NCBI GenBank assembly: GCA_951406725.2
Contig: OX597829.1
Location: 26,846,001-26,910,000, forward strand
Direction of reading: 5' to 3'
From: Octopus vulgaris
Taxonomy: Eukaryota
DNA: 64,000 bases
Shown: positions 54,875 to 64,000 of the stretch, one piece after another
How positions within the stretch are numbered: the first letter of the stretch is position 1
Layout of the letters: each line of letters opens with the position of its first letter
The notes under the pieces: generated by a model
What the model was told of the DNA's origin: nothing
Database searches by the model: none
The model's input: only the letters and a program-made list of their open reading frames with translations
Made by a program: the position numbers and the translations under genes

Positions 54875-57800
54875 TGTTTATGTGTGTAGATCTGTGTGTA
54901 TGTACATGTGCATGAGTATTTATGTACATACCCGACTGGCCAACGTGCCGGTGGCACGGAAAAAGCACCATCCGATCGTGGCCATTTGCCAGCCTCGTCT
55001 GGCTCCTGTGCAGGTGGCACGTAATAAGCACCCACTACACTCACAGAGTGGTTGGCGTTAGGAAGTGCATCCAGCTGTAGAAACACTGCCAGATCAGACT
55101 GGGCCTGGCACAGCCTTCTGGCTTCCCAGACCCCAGTTGAACCATCTAACCCATGCTAGCATGGAAAATGGACGTTAAACGATGATGATGATATGAATGC
55201 ATATGCAAATATGCATGTATGTGTGTGTGGTTATATTTATATCTGCACGCGCACACCATTTATCTTGAACATCCAATATACTTTACAGATAAGACCAAGA
55301 GATTTGTTACACAGCAGTATTACCTGGCCTAAACTGATAATGTTAAACCATTGATTTCACACATATATAAAGCCAGTAGTACAACACAGTTGGAGGAGAC
55401 CTGCAGCTGATGCAAACATAGAAATAAGGACAGGTAGTGCTGATTGTGACTGATGACAATGATAAGTTGTAAATATCGGATTAAACTACAAATGCTAAAG
55501 ATATCAATTTTCATACTTGTAGAAAAATAAGGAAAAAAAAACACAACTTCCTCATATTTTCTCTATATTTTGTAAATTTAAGATTGTGCATGAATCAAAG
55601 TTGTATAGAAAGTGCCAGAAAATTATTAATTCAGTCTAAATTAAAAATTTTTTTTTTAATAAATTATTTCTCATTAAGTTAATATTTCAGATTTATATAT
55701 ACATAATGGTTTCCAATTTAAACACAAGACCAGCAATTTTGAGGAAAGGAAGATGTTAGTCAATTATATTAATCCCAGTACTTTTATTTTATTAACCTCC
55801 CAAAAGAATGAAAGGCAAAGTTAACCTCGGTGAGATTTCAACTTATAATGTAAAGAGCCTAAAACAAATAATGCAAAGTATGTTGTCTGATAAATGATTC
55901 AGCCAATCGACCACTCTTATGTATGTAATAATATACGTAACAAATTACATATGAACCAAATATAGGCAATGCAAATACATATATATCAAACATACATTTT
56001 CATATGCATTGGCCACATACAACAAACTTTTATACTCATACACACGGTACATGCACACACACATACATAACCCCGGGATGCACAAACATGTAAACAAAGA
56101 CACATACATACACATACAAACACGTACAACATACACATAACAAAAATGTATGAAGAAGTATTTTCCATAAAATACATACTTTTATTGTCAAGTTGGCCAC
56201 GATATTTATCAAAACCTTGTAATCGTACCCGGGTGCCAATGCATTCTAAGAATTCTTCAAAGACAGGTCCGTGATTCTCTGAAAATTTGATTGGGAAAGA
56301 ATAGTTAAGGCAAAATAATAACAAATTTATTATAATAATCATTGAAAGGAAAGAGGTATTGTGTCTGAGAGAAAGACAGAATGGCCATGGCTGGAATGCC
56401 TTTGATCACAGGTCAGCTCATAAAGTTAACATGTGGCAAATTACAAAAACCATCTTGTCTGATATACAAGTAAATAACTTTGAAGGATTTTAAATGGTTA
56501 AGAAGGAGTACAAGATTTGTCAATACATATTGTGAAGTAAAATCTTACTCTTAAAATATAGTTTCAATACAGAGAAAAGATGTTTATAAATATTCTTTAA
56601 TATGAATGAAGTGATACTGCCTGCTTCAACTCACCTCAATGCAAAACTTATTTCATGTTTGAAAAATTAGCAGGAGGTTGGGATGGGGGTATCCAAATAT
56701 TACAAAAATATAACAAAATATCATTGTTTGAAGTCCACTTCTCCATGCTTCACGAGTTAGGTGAAGTTTGGTGAGGCAGATTTTGTAAAAAAAAATTTTA
56801 AAAACCTGAAATTAATCTTAAATGCACTGTATAATTAACAAGTATTTCATTAGCTTCAAGTGCTGACTTCAAGTCATCCTATCCATTTAAGGAACTAGAA
56901 GATTTATGAAAAAGTCACTCCTATATGGAACCTCCAAGTAGAGTCCAGCAATTGTCATGATCAGCCTTGCCAATGGATCTGAATATGAATGAATTATATC
57001 CATAGCCTACTACATGCACAGGCATCCATTACCAGAGAAGTTGTTCTAGAAAGAAGTAGCTATAGAGGCACTACAGCAAGTATTGAAGCTAACAGAAAGA
57101 GTGGAAGAACAACTAATTAGGAAGAGAATTAGCCGATATAAAACTCAGTTTGGGTTTTCGCCAGGACAGGATATCACCGATACCTTCTTCCTACAAACAA
57201 CTATAAGAGAAATAGCTATAATAATTACAAATAACCACAAGAGTTCTTAGCTAAAAGCCTAACAGTCACTGAGCTGGAGAAAGTTTTTGATATAGCACCA
57301 TTCTTGGTAGTTTGAGTTACTAAGAAAATTAGGGGCAGATAAATAGGTCATAAGAGCTGTGCAAGCCACGTACAGAAATGTCAATAAGTTAAGGAGAGAG
57401 TTTAATATGCATGTAGATATCTATCAGGATTGGTTTGTCAGCTTACTCTGCTTGATTATAGCTTTCCAGACCATAACAAAAGAGTTTAAGACTAGCTGCT
57501 TGTGGAACCATCTGTGTATCAGTGAACAAGTTCTTATAATTAAATCTGTGAAATACTTGGAAAAGATATTCCAAAGACGGAAACAAATACTAAAAGCATT
57601 TACCCTTTTCATATGATATTTCTTATTTCTTTACTGCCCACAAGGGGCTAAACACAGAGGAGGCAAATAAGGACAGACAAACGGATTAAGTCAATTATAT
57701 CAACTCCAGTGCGTAACTGGTACTTATTTAATTGACCCTGAAAGGATGAAAGGCAAAGTTGACCTTGGCAGAATTTGAACTCAGAACGTAGCGGCAGACG

Positions 57801-60800
57801 AAATACCGCTGAGCATTTCTCCTGGTGTGCTAACGTTTCTGCCAGCTCGCCTCATATGATATTTCTGTTGGAATATGGTAACACTGCCTTTGCTTCAATT
57901 AATTTTGAAAATCATGAAGAATTTAGTAAAATAAATGTCATTATTAAACTGGTGTTTGCAACATAAATTAACATGAAGTTTTCATGGAAGGTCTTAATGT
58001 AGATAACTTTACTATATTTCTTTTGTTACTGTATTTCTTTACAAATATACTTTGTTTCAATTAATTTTAAAAACAAAGAATTTAGTAAATCAACTTTGCA
58101 TTTATTAAACTGGTGTTTGGATTCATAAATTAATATTAATCTTTGATGGAAGGTTTTAATTTAGATCGTTCTATAAAATGAAATTTGTGGCATTGAATCA
58201 GGGGTAGTCTTGGGCAGATTTGTATGGATGGAAAGAGCTAAAGTGAACCTAGCAAAGACAAAACATTTAATCATTAACAAAAGATGGGACTCTTCTGCAT
58301 ACTGAGCACAGTGTCTCAGGATGCAATAAAGGAGGAGACAGTTCTGTTCAGTACCTGACAAAGTGCAGGTGCAAAAAAGCACAGGAGCACCACAAGCAAG
58401 CTGACAGAGAAGAAATATCACATGTGGAGCTGGGGCTGAGGAGTAATCAGCACTAAGAGTACTTATGAAATGAATTCTTTCAAATAAATGAAAGACTCCC
58501 TAGAAAACGGTTGGCAACTTTCAGTTGCTAAATTTCACCAGCTAAATTTAGTTATAAAAATAAAAAAAAGGAGGAGGTGTGGAAAAAGTCCAATGAGCTA
58601 TTAACTCTTCTGAAAATAAAAGTGTTTTCTCTGAGTGTAAGGATGATTATATGATGCTTGCATATACAGTGTGATGTTGCTTGGTAGTGAAACAAAGTGT
58701 ATACCCCCCAAAAAACAGGACAGTACTGTGGTAAGCATTCTCTGAAGTGTAATATTAGTCTAATGGAATGATAGCATTCAAATGAGCCAAGAGAAAAAAA
58801 CTCAGTGTTACAGCAGTTAGATGTACCATGCAAAAGAGAAAACAGCATTGATGCAACAATGTGATGCATATGAAGGATGAGAACCGAATGAAAAAGTACC
58901 AAACAATTCAAGTGGAAAGAAATCTGAGGAAGACAAGGGAAGAAATGATATGGACTGATGTCAGGTGGCTAAACATGATGAAGACAATAATAGAGGATTG
59001 CAACAAGTGGTGATATGATGTGCCGATAAGGAAAAATGGGTGCAAAATATAGTCTTAGAATAATTTGGAGTGCTAAGTCAATGTGTTTTTTAGAACTTAT
59101 TGATTAGTAATTGACAATAATGAATAAAAATCAATGTTAACCATTTTGTTACCATATTTCTTTTAAAATACACTGCCTTCCTATCAATTAATTTTGAAAA
59201 TAGTGAAGAATTTGGTAAAATAACTCATTATTAAGCTGATGTTTGGAACTTAACATGAAATTTTGATGGAAGGTTTTATTTTAGGTCATTTTAAAGAAGG
59301 AAGTTTGTGCCATAAAATCAATAGTGAGGTTGAGCAGGCTGGTAATAAAAGGGTCAAGTATGTTGTACTGGAAGGAAAATGATGTAGAATTAGGTGTCTC
59401 ACCATTATTATACATTTCTTCTTCAGTGGATTGGCCAGCTTTGCAGTACATAATGCCAACTTTATATGATTTTGTAATCTAAAAAATGTAAAACATGAAG
59501 TATGAATAAAATATTTAAACATGAAAAAAAAAAAAAAAAAAGAATACAGAGTATTTTTGTTTCTTCTTTTTAGAGTGATGATGCAACCTCCATTCATTCT
59601 CTTTATTCAGTCCATCATTTAGTCGCTTAGAAGAGGTGTACAGAGGCATACTCTTGATTCCTCTGTCTTCATTCACTTCTACTCATTTAACCCTTTTGTT
59701 ACTGTATTTCTGTTGATATGTGTTGAGCTTCTTTCAATTAATTTTAGATATAACAAAAAATTCTGTAAAATAACTTCATTATCATTAAGCTAGTGTTAGA
59801 CACAAATTATGACTAAGGTTTGGACGAAGATTTTAATTCAGAACTTATGAAAACAAAAGATTTGTACTACAAAGCCAAAGGTGGTTTCAGCCAGGTTGGT
59901 ATCAAAAGGGTTAATACAGTGAGGCTCCACCAAGACACCTCATCACCACTACATCTATCCCAGTTCCACCCTATTCATCTCCACTTCTTTTAAATGCGAT
60001 TAGCCATGTACCTCTTCTATGGCAAGAAACCTGTTCTGCTCTGCTCCTGTCTCTCTCATGTTATCTCCTAGCATCAAGCTGCATCTCTCAGGCTTTGTAG
60101 TCTTGCAAGTTGCATGAGAACCTCACTAGTACAAGTGTCATGAAAAAAAAAGCAGCCTGTACACTTTGTAAAATGGTTGGTATTAGGAAAAACATCCAGC
60201 TATAGAAACCATGCCAAAGTAGACACTGGAACATGATGCAGTCCTTGGAAACTATCTAACCCATGCCAGTATGGAACATGGATGTTAAATGATAAAACAC
60301 ACACACACACACACACATGTTGATGCCATGTATAGTTCACTATATACACACACATGTACAAAAAGTTTGCAAACCAGAATGAATTGCTTTGCCATGAAGA
60401 AAGGAAGTCTAAGATAATTTTGACAGAGACTCACCACCAAGCACAAATTCTGACATCCACTTCCTTTTCACAATGAAATCATAAACATTAAATCATGAAT
60501 GTTTTTATGAAAATCACCTAAATGTTGCCAAGGTGTATCAAACAATTTACTGAACTAAAATGTTGGCATTAAAATTGTTGATACTCCATGTATAAAAAAC
60601 AAGTAATGTTTTGATATGTTTATACATCATCTGTCAATGTAATTCCAAGATGGTCATGCCATTTGAAATCATTTTTGGAAAGGTTAGCAAAACTGCTTTT
60701 CAACTTCAAAACAACAAAACTGTTTAACTTTCAACAGTCAGTAATGTTCAGTAATAAAGTTTCCGTTTCCTTTTGTCCAATTGGCTGAATATTTGAAACA

Positions 60801-62534
60801 ATGCATAGCAATTGATCAATAAAATTGAACAGAATTTTCCCTACTAGAAAGAGCCTCATATCTTCTACCATCTCAGTAGACCTTTTGTTATTTTTATTGA
60901 AAGACACTGACTTTGTTTCAATTAAATTTTAAAATAAAATAATATACAAAAATAACTATCATTATTAAGTTGGTGGTTGGAAATGCTGCAACACAAAATT
61001 CTGATAGATTTAGATTCAGATCACTTTAAAGGAAGTTTTGTCATGCTCCAAGAGTATGGTACCAGCTGCGTTGGTATCAAAATGATTAAGACACACAAAC
61101 CCAGACCAAACATGAAATTAGAGCCGTTGTGTCTAGTATGAAAGGATTCTTATTTAAAATATCCTGAGACTTGTGCAAAATTCTCAAACCTGCATCCCAT
61201 ACCTTTCTTGGACACATCCATTGTTCAATAGTTCCATTAGGCAACTCAATGATCTTAACCCAACCACACTTATCCTCCCTCCATGCCACTCACAAAATGA
61301 GAAGAAAGCAATGAACCTATGCACATTCAATACCATAACATAGATATTACGTGTAGATGTAATTTCCTCATTCATCTTTTTTACCTGCTCTTCCAGCTAT
61401 CAATCTAATTGATAATTACATTATTTCTTGTAACTTCAATACTATAAGCTTCATGTCCTCTGTCATCCACTAACTCCTACTGTTATTGTGAATAACACTT
61501 CTGTTCTAATTGTAGCAACACACACAGACATTGAGATTTCTAGCTACTGTGTTTACACTTACACCAGCAAAGAGAGCGATTCAAACAATCAAATTGGTGA
61601 AAGTGATGAAGAAAGTAGCGATAATGCAGGTGAATATTTTGATTCCATCCATTAGTTTCCCTGCAAGTCTAACTCTTGAACTGTATATTTAACTATTTTT
61701 GCACAGGAGCCCAAGTGGAGGCTAAAGTTAGACACAAGAGCCCAGGTCTGTGAGGATTAAATTGCTTATTAGCTGCAATTATAACTAAAACAACAATAAT
61801 AATTGTTGGGTAGTGCTGAGGTAAGGAGTCACCCGCATCAAACTAAAGTTGTTTGTTCCTTTTTGAGCCATGTCTGGCTCATAGGGCCGGTTTCTCGGTT
61901 TCCTTGGCGTATATGTTCCCTACCTTGACGGGACGCCGGTCTGTCGCAGGTGAGCTGCAAGATGCAGGAGGAAAGAGTGAGAGAAAGTTGTGGCGAAAGA
62001 GTCAACAGAAGTTCGCCATTACCTTCTGCCGGAGCCGCGTGGAGCTTAGGTGTTTTGCTCATAAACACACACATCGCCCGGTCTGAGATTCAAACCCGCG
62101 ATCCCTTGACCACGAGTCTGCTGCTCTAACCACTAGGCCACGTGCCTCCACACATCAAACTAGTACCCTAAACAAAATTCCTCTAGACCCTGATATTCTG
62201 TGTGTGTACATTATTTAAAAAGAGTGTTGAATTATAGCAAAGGGCATTATAAAAGTATTAATAAAATAGGTGATAGTTAAAAATAATGTTTGGGAAAGTG
62301 AAATAGAGAATAATATCAGCTCATATTAATACAACAAACACTTACTCTTTGCTCATCCAGCTTGAGCAGTTGTTCAGCAGTCTTTTGACCAGGAATGGCT
62401 TGTTTTAAACAAGAAAGATTAACTTCTGGCAGTATATATTCCAAAACATCTTTATAAGGAACTCCTCTGGAACTACTTAAACGACTAGATGATGGTATAG
62501 CATCTTCCAAGATGGAACCACGCAGTGTTGCGAG
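12254..62534 (-). CDS. SIPA1L: SIPA1-like (SIPA1L/SPAR family) Rap GTPase-activating protein, 5'-partial; 21 coding exons, 3348 nt, 1115 aa plus stop
   Basis: Manually spliced GT-AG exons keep one open frame. They encode RapGAP ([24 protein letters not shown]), PDZ ([12 protein letters not shown]), an LEWSNLV SPAR_C-like motif and a coiled coil ending FTEWFF, which is the SIPA1L domain order. Confidence 0.95.
12990..13915 (+). mobile_element. Degenerate RTE LINE endonuclease/linker fragments
   Basis: AGHINRHVG (GDFNxHVG-like), [18 protein letters not shown] and WWN motifs. Confidence 0.5.
14038..14125 (-). CDS. SIPA1L: SIPA1L coiled-coil exon ([29 protein letters not shown])
   Basis: attcag/gtttgt, 88 nt, phase 2/0; heptad pattern. 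Confidence 0.88.
15894..16121. mobile_element. piggyBac-like MITE family C (also ~12697-12924, 31198-31407, 34444-34641, 35121-35347, 39173-39391)
   Basis: TTAA-CCCTT(T)AGCATT ... (A)ATGCTAAAGGG-TTAA termini, ~225 nt, at least 6 copies. Confidence 0.8.
16147..16240 (-). CDS. SIPA1L: SIPA1L exon ([30 protein letters not shown])
   Basis: ctgcag/gtacaa, 94 nt, phase 1/2. Confidence 0.8.
16493..16689. mobile_element. hAT-superfamily MITE
   Basis: TIRs CAGTGGTTTTCAA / TTGAAAAGCACTG; perfect 8-bp TSD gtgtaacg (16485-92 and 16690-97). Confidence 0.9.
17428..17595 (+). mobile_element. Family B repeat, truncated
   Basis: aaaagcacccactacactcac...taaatgatgatgat. Confidence 0.8.
17709..18109 (+). mobile_element. 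tRNA-derived SINE family A
   Basis: Full-length match to the 4697 copy. Confidence 0.88.
18450..18607 (-). CDS. SIPA1L: SIPA1L exon with SPAR_C-like motif (...[24 protein letters not shown])
   Basis: tcaaag/gtaagt, 158 nt, phase 2/1; resembles the family LPLPD..L(D/E)WSxLVxAAxAFE motif. Confidence 0.9.
19254..19375 (-). repeat. Degenerate partial copy of family F
   Basis: tgtgtctggggagagtcatttt...ttttcct...gcaacc.tctcaatagt matches the 23659 and 28462 arms. Confidence 0.5.
19455..20827 (+). mobile_element. RTE-clade LINE 3' fragment (ORF C-terminus, 3'UTR and (GAT)n tail)
   Basis: [48 protein letters not shown] motifs with frameshifts; ends taaacgatgatgat. Confidence 0.85.
20868..21168 (-). 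mobile_element. Fold-back pLTR-like element in (TA)n with a decayed hammerhead
   Basis: Inverted arms spanning ~20960-21166; the arms read GAAA-cagttg-TA-agc and GAAA-caactg-TA-agc; TA repeats on both sides. Confidence 0.5.
21178..21630 (-). mobile_element. Two tandem family B repeats (21178-21345 and 21389-21630) separated by (TA)n
   Basis: Two catcatc..tttaacgtccg/tttagcgtccg starts. Confidence 0.82.
22024..22079. repeat. (TG)n microsatellite
   Basis: Read directly from the sequence. Confidence 0.95.
22438..22634 (-). CDS. SIPA1L: SIPA1L exon ([21 protein letters not shown]...DPRD)
   Basis: ttgcag/gtctgt, 197 nt, phase 0/2; LQRATSEES resembles the family L(H/Q)RTLSDES motif. Confidence 0.85.
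23128..23377 (-). CDS. SIPA1L: SIPA1L exon ([11 protein letters not shown]...[10 protein letters not shown]...DKSP)
   Basis: pyrimidine tract plus AAG acceptor, gtgagt donor, 250 nt, phase 2/0. Confidence 0.8.
23608..23941 (-). mobile_element. Fold-back repeat family F copy (pLTR-like)
   Basis: Inverted arms 23659-23941 folding at tcaatagtc-tt-gactattga; same left tail as the 28403 copy. Confidence 0.65.
24126..24282 (-). CDS. SIPA1L: SIPA1L exon ([13 protein letters not shown]...SSSPRSSS)
   Basis: tttcag/gtaag, 157 nt, phase 1/2; SSPR motif. Confidence 0.85.
24775..25070 (+). mobile_element. Family B repeat
   Basis: Ends gacgttaaacgatgatgat. Confidence 0.82.
25939..26392 (-). CDS. SIPA1L: SIPA1L large Ser-rich exon ([10 protein letters not shown]...QLSCQ)
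   Basis: atctag/gtcagt, 454 nt open, phase 0/1. Confidence 0.85.
26610..27175 (+). mobile_element. RTE-type LINE 3' fragment with C-terminal C2H2-like zinc-finger remnants
   Basis: [29 protein letters not shown] followed by CxxC...GLKSH/GLKRH repeats. Confidence 0.65.
27203..27445 (-). mobile_element. RTE-like LINE C-terminal remnant
   Basis: [14 protein letters not shown] motif and gatgatg tail on the minus strand. Confidence 0.5.
27819..28372 (-). mobile_element. Longest family B copy
   Basis: Includes extra 5' sequence with short gattc/gatttc repeats. Confidence 0.85.
28403..28682 (-). mobile_element. Fold-back repeat family F copy in (TA)n/(TG)n
   Basis: Closely similar to 23608-23800; inverted arms 28462-28533 and 28609-28682; microsatellite flanks. 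Confidence 0.65.
29025..29080 (-). CDS. SIPA1L: SIPA1L small exon ([18 protein letters not shown])
   Basis: ttgcag/gtattt, 56 nt, phase 1/0; needed to bridge the phases of its neighbours. Confidence 0.75.
29711..29907 (-). CDS. SIPA1L: SIPA1L Ser-rich exon (SDVKSSPEK...DRSLS)
   Basis: tattag/gtaaac, 197 nt, phase 2/1; phase fits the PDZ exon. Confidence 0.82.
32434..32841 (-). mobile_element. tRNA-derived SINE family A, nested in a MITE family D copy
   Basis: Full-length reverse-complement match. Confidence 0.88.
40963..41213 (-). CDS. SIPA1L: SIPA1L PDZ-domain exon ([17 protein letters not shown]...GNPR)
   Basis: ttccag/gtaatt, 251 nt, phase 0/2; GLGF-type PDZ loop (QLGF). Confidence 0.96.
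41261..41466 (-). mobile_element. tRNA-derived SINE family E
   Basis: Minus strand tggcagaatcgttagc...gaattcaaattccg; matches the 57625 copy. Confidence 0.78.
41801..42020 (+). mobile_element. Young 5'-truncated CR1-clade LINE 3' end with (AACT)n tail
   Basis: Open [38 protein letters not shown]...* (TGA 41933-35), CpG-rich, aactaactaact tail. Confidence 0.85.
43976..44090 (-). CDS. SIPA1L: SIPA1L exon ([10 protein letters not shown]...LSAVTLGCQ)
   Basis: ttctag/gtaagt, 115 nt, phase 2/0. Confidence 0.9.
45492..45637 (-). CDS. SIPA1L: SIPA1L exon ([26 protein letters not shown]...VLGWT)
   Basis: tcatag/gtaag, 146 nt, phase 0/2; conserved region between RapGAP and PDZ. Confidence 0.93.
47042..47139 (-). 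CDS. SIPA1L: SIPA1L exon ([32 protein letters not shown])
   Basis: ctttag/gtcagt, 98 nt, phase 1/0. Confidence 0.9.
48887..49021 (-). CDS. SIPA1L: SIPA1L exon ([29 protein letters not shown]...)
   Basis: ttttaag/gtaagt, 135 nt, phase 1/1; end of the RapGAP domain. Confidence 0.95.
49565..49668 (-). CDS. SIPA1L: SIPA1L exon ([34 protein letters not shown])
   Basis: atttag/gttagt, 104 nt, phase 2/1; DVPxFGP motif. Confidence 0.94.
49865..50737 (+). mobile_element. Non-autonomous Penelope-like pLTR element: inverted arms (~49861-50069 and ~50387-50651) around a hammerhead, inserted in (TA)n
   Basis: Near-identical inverted arms of ~200 nt or more, internal HHR, extra tail 50652-50737, (TA)n on both sides. 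Confidence 0.65.
50260..50353 (+). ncRNA. Minimal type-I hammerhead ribozyme motif, intact core, long helix II, palindromic helix III
   Basis: aac-CTGAAGA(50263-69)-helix II(50270-50338)-GAAA(50339-42)-cgatcg-TA(50349-50)-gtt. Confidence 0.75.
50860..52060 (+). mobile_element. Old CR1/L2-clade LINE RT 3' remnant interrupted by a family B repeat
   Basis: [42 protein letters not shown] resembles the jockey-group RT thumb; internal duplication ~51170-51350 vs ~51380-51550. Confidence 0.6.
51608..51860 (+). mobile_element. Family B repeat
   Basis: Match to the other copies, (GAT)n tail. Confidence 0.82.
52268..52425 (-). CDS. SIPA1L: SIPA1L exon with the catalytic Asn-thumb motif ([20 protein letters not shown]...)
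   Basis: tctcag/gtatat, 158 nt, phase 0/2; RKRHIGND is the RapGAP catalytic helix. Confidence 0.97.
52683..53059 (-). mobile_element. tRNA-derived SINE family A
   Basis: Full-length reverse-complement match; older decayed copies also at ~2320-2620, 25590-25870, 45785-46125, 62800-62960 and 63360-63610. Confidence 0.88.
53555..53658 (-). CDS. SIPA1L: SIPA1L exon ([34 protein letters not shown])
   Basis: ttccag/gtaaag, 104 nt, phase 1/0; EIMFHVST motif. Confidence 0.96.
54930..55192 (+). mobile_element. Family B repeat
   Basis: Match to the other copies, (GAT)n tail. Confidence 0.82.
56180..56278 (-). CDS. SIPA1L: SIPA1L exon ([33 protein letters not shown])
   Basis: tttcag/gtatgt, 99 nt, phase 1/1; RapGAP motif. 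Confidence 0.95.
57050..59030 (+). mobile_element. Highly degenerate RTE LINE RT fragments with nested MITE and SINE insertions
   Basis: [22 protein letters not shown] and LKVNLAKTK remnants; 58530-58950 resembles the 19455-19900 RTE segment. Confidence 0.55.
57625..57852 (-). mobile_element. tRNA-derived SINE family E
   Basis: ggcgagctggcagaaacgttagc...gagttcaaattc B-box; decayed relatives at ~4405, 37430, 39500 and 55708. Confidence 0.8.
59403..59478 (-). CDS. SIPA1L: SIPA1L exon ([25 protein letters not shown])
   Basis: tttag/gtgag, 76 nt, phase 0/1; conserved RapGAP motif. Confidence 0.95.
59687..59914. mobile_element. piggyBac-like MITE family D (also ~1322-1897, 3808-4008, 32220-32910, 57595-58200, 59137-59357, 60880-61088)
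   Basis: TTAA-CCCTTTTG ... CAAAAGGG-TTAA termini with a shared internal sequence. Confidence 0.78.
61846..62152 (-). mobile_element. tRNA-derived SINE family G with 10-bp TSD
   Basis: A-box TGGCCTAGTGG, B-box-like GGTTTGAATCTC; TSD catcaaacta at 61836-45 and 62153-62. Confidence 0.85.
62346..62534 (-). CDS. SIPA1L: SIPA1L exon ([15 protein letters not shown]...LLKLDEQR), RapGAP N-terminal/dimerisation part
   Basis: ttttaag acceptor, gtaag donor, 189 nt, phase 0/0; matches the family motif TLRGSxLEDAIPS...LxKLDEQ. Confidence 0.95.
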
Positions 62535-64000
62535 CTTAAAAAGAAAATAAATTTTAAAAAGTCAGATTTAGAAAGAAAGAAAAAACTAAAAAATTCCTTT
62601 CTAAACAGAACAAAAATTTTGTTTTTCTTTTTTTTTTATTATTTGTTTCAATCATTGAACTGGAACATTACTTTAGAAGGTTTTCAGTCAGACAAACTGC
62701 ACCCCATTACTTATTTTTAACCCTTTAGTGTTCAAACTGGCCATATCCAGCTCAAATATTCCAGTTGATTTATGTTCAGACAAGATTCAGCCTCTTAAAC
62801 CTAGGCTTTACACAGTTTCTGTCTACCAAATTTATTCACAAAGTATAGGTTGGCCCAGAGCAGAAAGTAGAAGATACTCACCCTAGATGTCACACAGTGG
62901 GACTGAACCTGAAACCATGTGGTTGCAAAGCGAGTTTCTTAACCACACAGCCATACCTGTACCTTGAGAGATTTACCAAGAATTTACTATTCTAAACAAA
63001 CAGAAACAATCACATCTTGGAAAACCAAGAAATACTTCAAGTTAAGTATTGCATGAGAATATTCTAGAAATGTTTAGGGTTACCCTGAATTATGTCTCCT
63101 TATTTTCAGAGGATAGTATTCTTTACAAATGGAAGGACAGATACATTTCTTAATTGCCAAAATGGCTTTCTAGAACATACTTAAGTTAGCCCTTATAGTT
63201 AATTTATGTCTTTACAGAAATGTTTAGATATCATACCAGTTGTGCCAATTGCAAATGTTGTGGTAGATACATTCCACAACAGCTAGAAGTCTTTGGTAAT
63301 TAGAACAAGAATTTGGTAATTAGAACATGCTGGGATACTGCGTTGAAGGGATTAATCAATCAAATTGGCCTCAGTGCTTATTTTTTAAGTTTGGTACTTG
63401 TCTCTTTTCACATAACTTAAGTTTAAGGGGCATAAACAGAACACCCCCTAACTGTCAAGTAGTGAAAGACACACACTTGTATATGCAGCAGCTTCCACAG
63501 TTTCAAACTACCAAATACACTCACAATGCTTTGGTCAGCCAGGGTCTGTAGTAATCATCCAAGAGTGCAGCACAGAAGGACTGAACCCCAAACCATGTGG
63601 TTGTGAAGAGTACCTATGTTTGTAACTTAAAATGACTATGACTCACCATGTTGTGGCAATTAAAAACAAATTATCTTATGCATACACTAATTTTTAAAAT
63701 ATTACCATCCTAATATTAGGATGTTAAAATATTAACATCTTACAATATTTATGGCTTGTATACTTTAATTAAAAGTACATTCATATTTGATGATCCATTC
63801 ATCAGTTTTGCAGATCACCTTCTGGAAAATGCTGAGCATTCCTGATTTTATAAGAATTAAAGATATTCCTCTCAATTATTTAGTGTCATTTCTGTTTCTG
63901 TATTAAAATTTGTAAATTATAAATCCTAATGAACTAGAACATTATTGCTGTAATTATCAAGTTATTTTGGCAAAAGGTCAGACTTTTATGCAAACAAGAC

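Noticed and set aside
61846-62152. tRNA-like heads of SINEs as real tRNA genes
   Set aside because: They continue into SINE bodies with tails and TSDs and lack complete cloverleafs.
63292-63326. Short tandem duplications (tttggtaattagaaca x2; also ~17396 and ~24037)
   Set aside because: Two-copy slippage duplications, not arrays; nothing CRISPR-like.

Overview
AT-rich, repeat-dense animal DNA. The SINE/LINE/MITE complement and microsatellite load look like an octopus (cephalopod) genome, which is an inference from repeat recognition. The window holds the 3' part of one large minus-strand gene, a SIPA1-like (SIPA1L/SPAR family) Rap GTPase-activating protein. I traced 21 phase-consistent GT-AG exons from 62534 down to the TAA stop at 12254 (3348 nt, 1115 aa), encoding the RapGAP domain with HIGND, a PDZ domain, a Ser-rich region, a SPAR_C-like motif and a coiled coil. 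The 5' end lies beyond the window. Introns and downstream DNA carry tRNA-derived SINEs, RTE, CR1/L2 and Penelope-like (GIY-YIG) retroelement remnants, and piggyBac-, hAT- and mariner-type MITEs. The most striking hidden signal is a set of short, mutually unrelated fold-back elements, several sitting in (TA)n tracts, that carry minimal type-I hammerhead ribozyme motifs with a palindromic helix III. One has a fully intact catalytic core and an unusually long helix II (50260-50353); others are partly decayed (7494-7538, ~21000-21125, 23608-23941, 28403-28682, 8873-8912). Also notable are a 96-bp fold-back downstream of the stop, a perfect 26-bp intronic hairpin, a 30-bp-TSD chimeric CR1 insertion, and inverted repeat pairs bracketing exons. 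Repeat boundaries were read by eye and are approximate.
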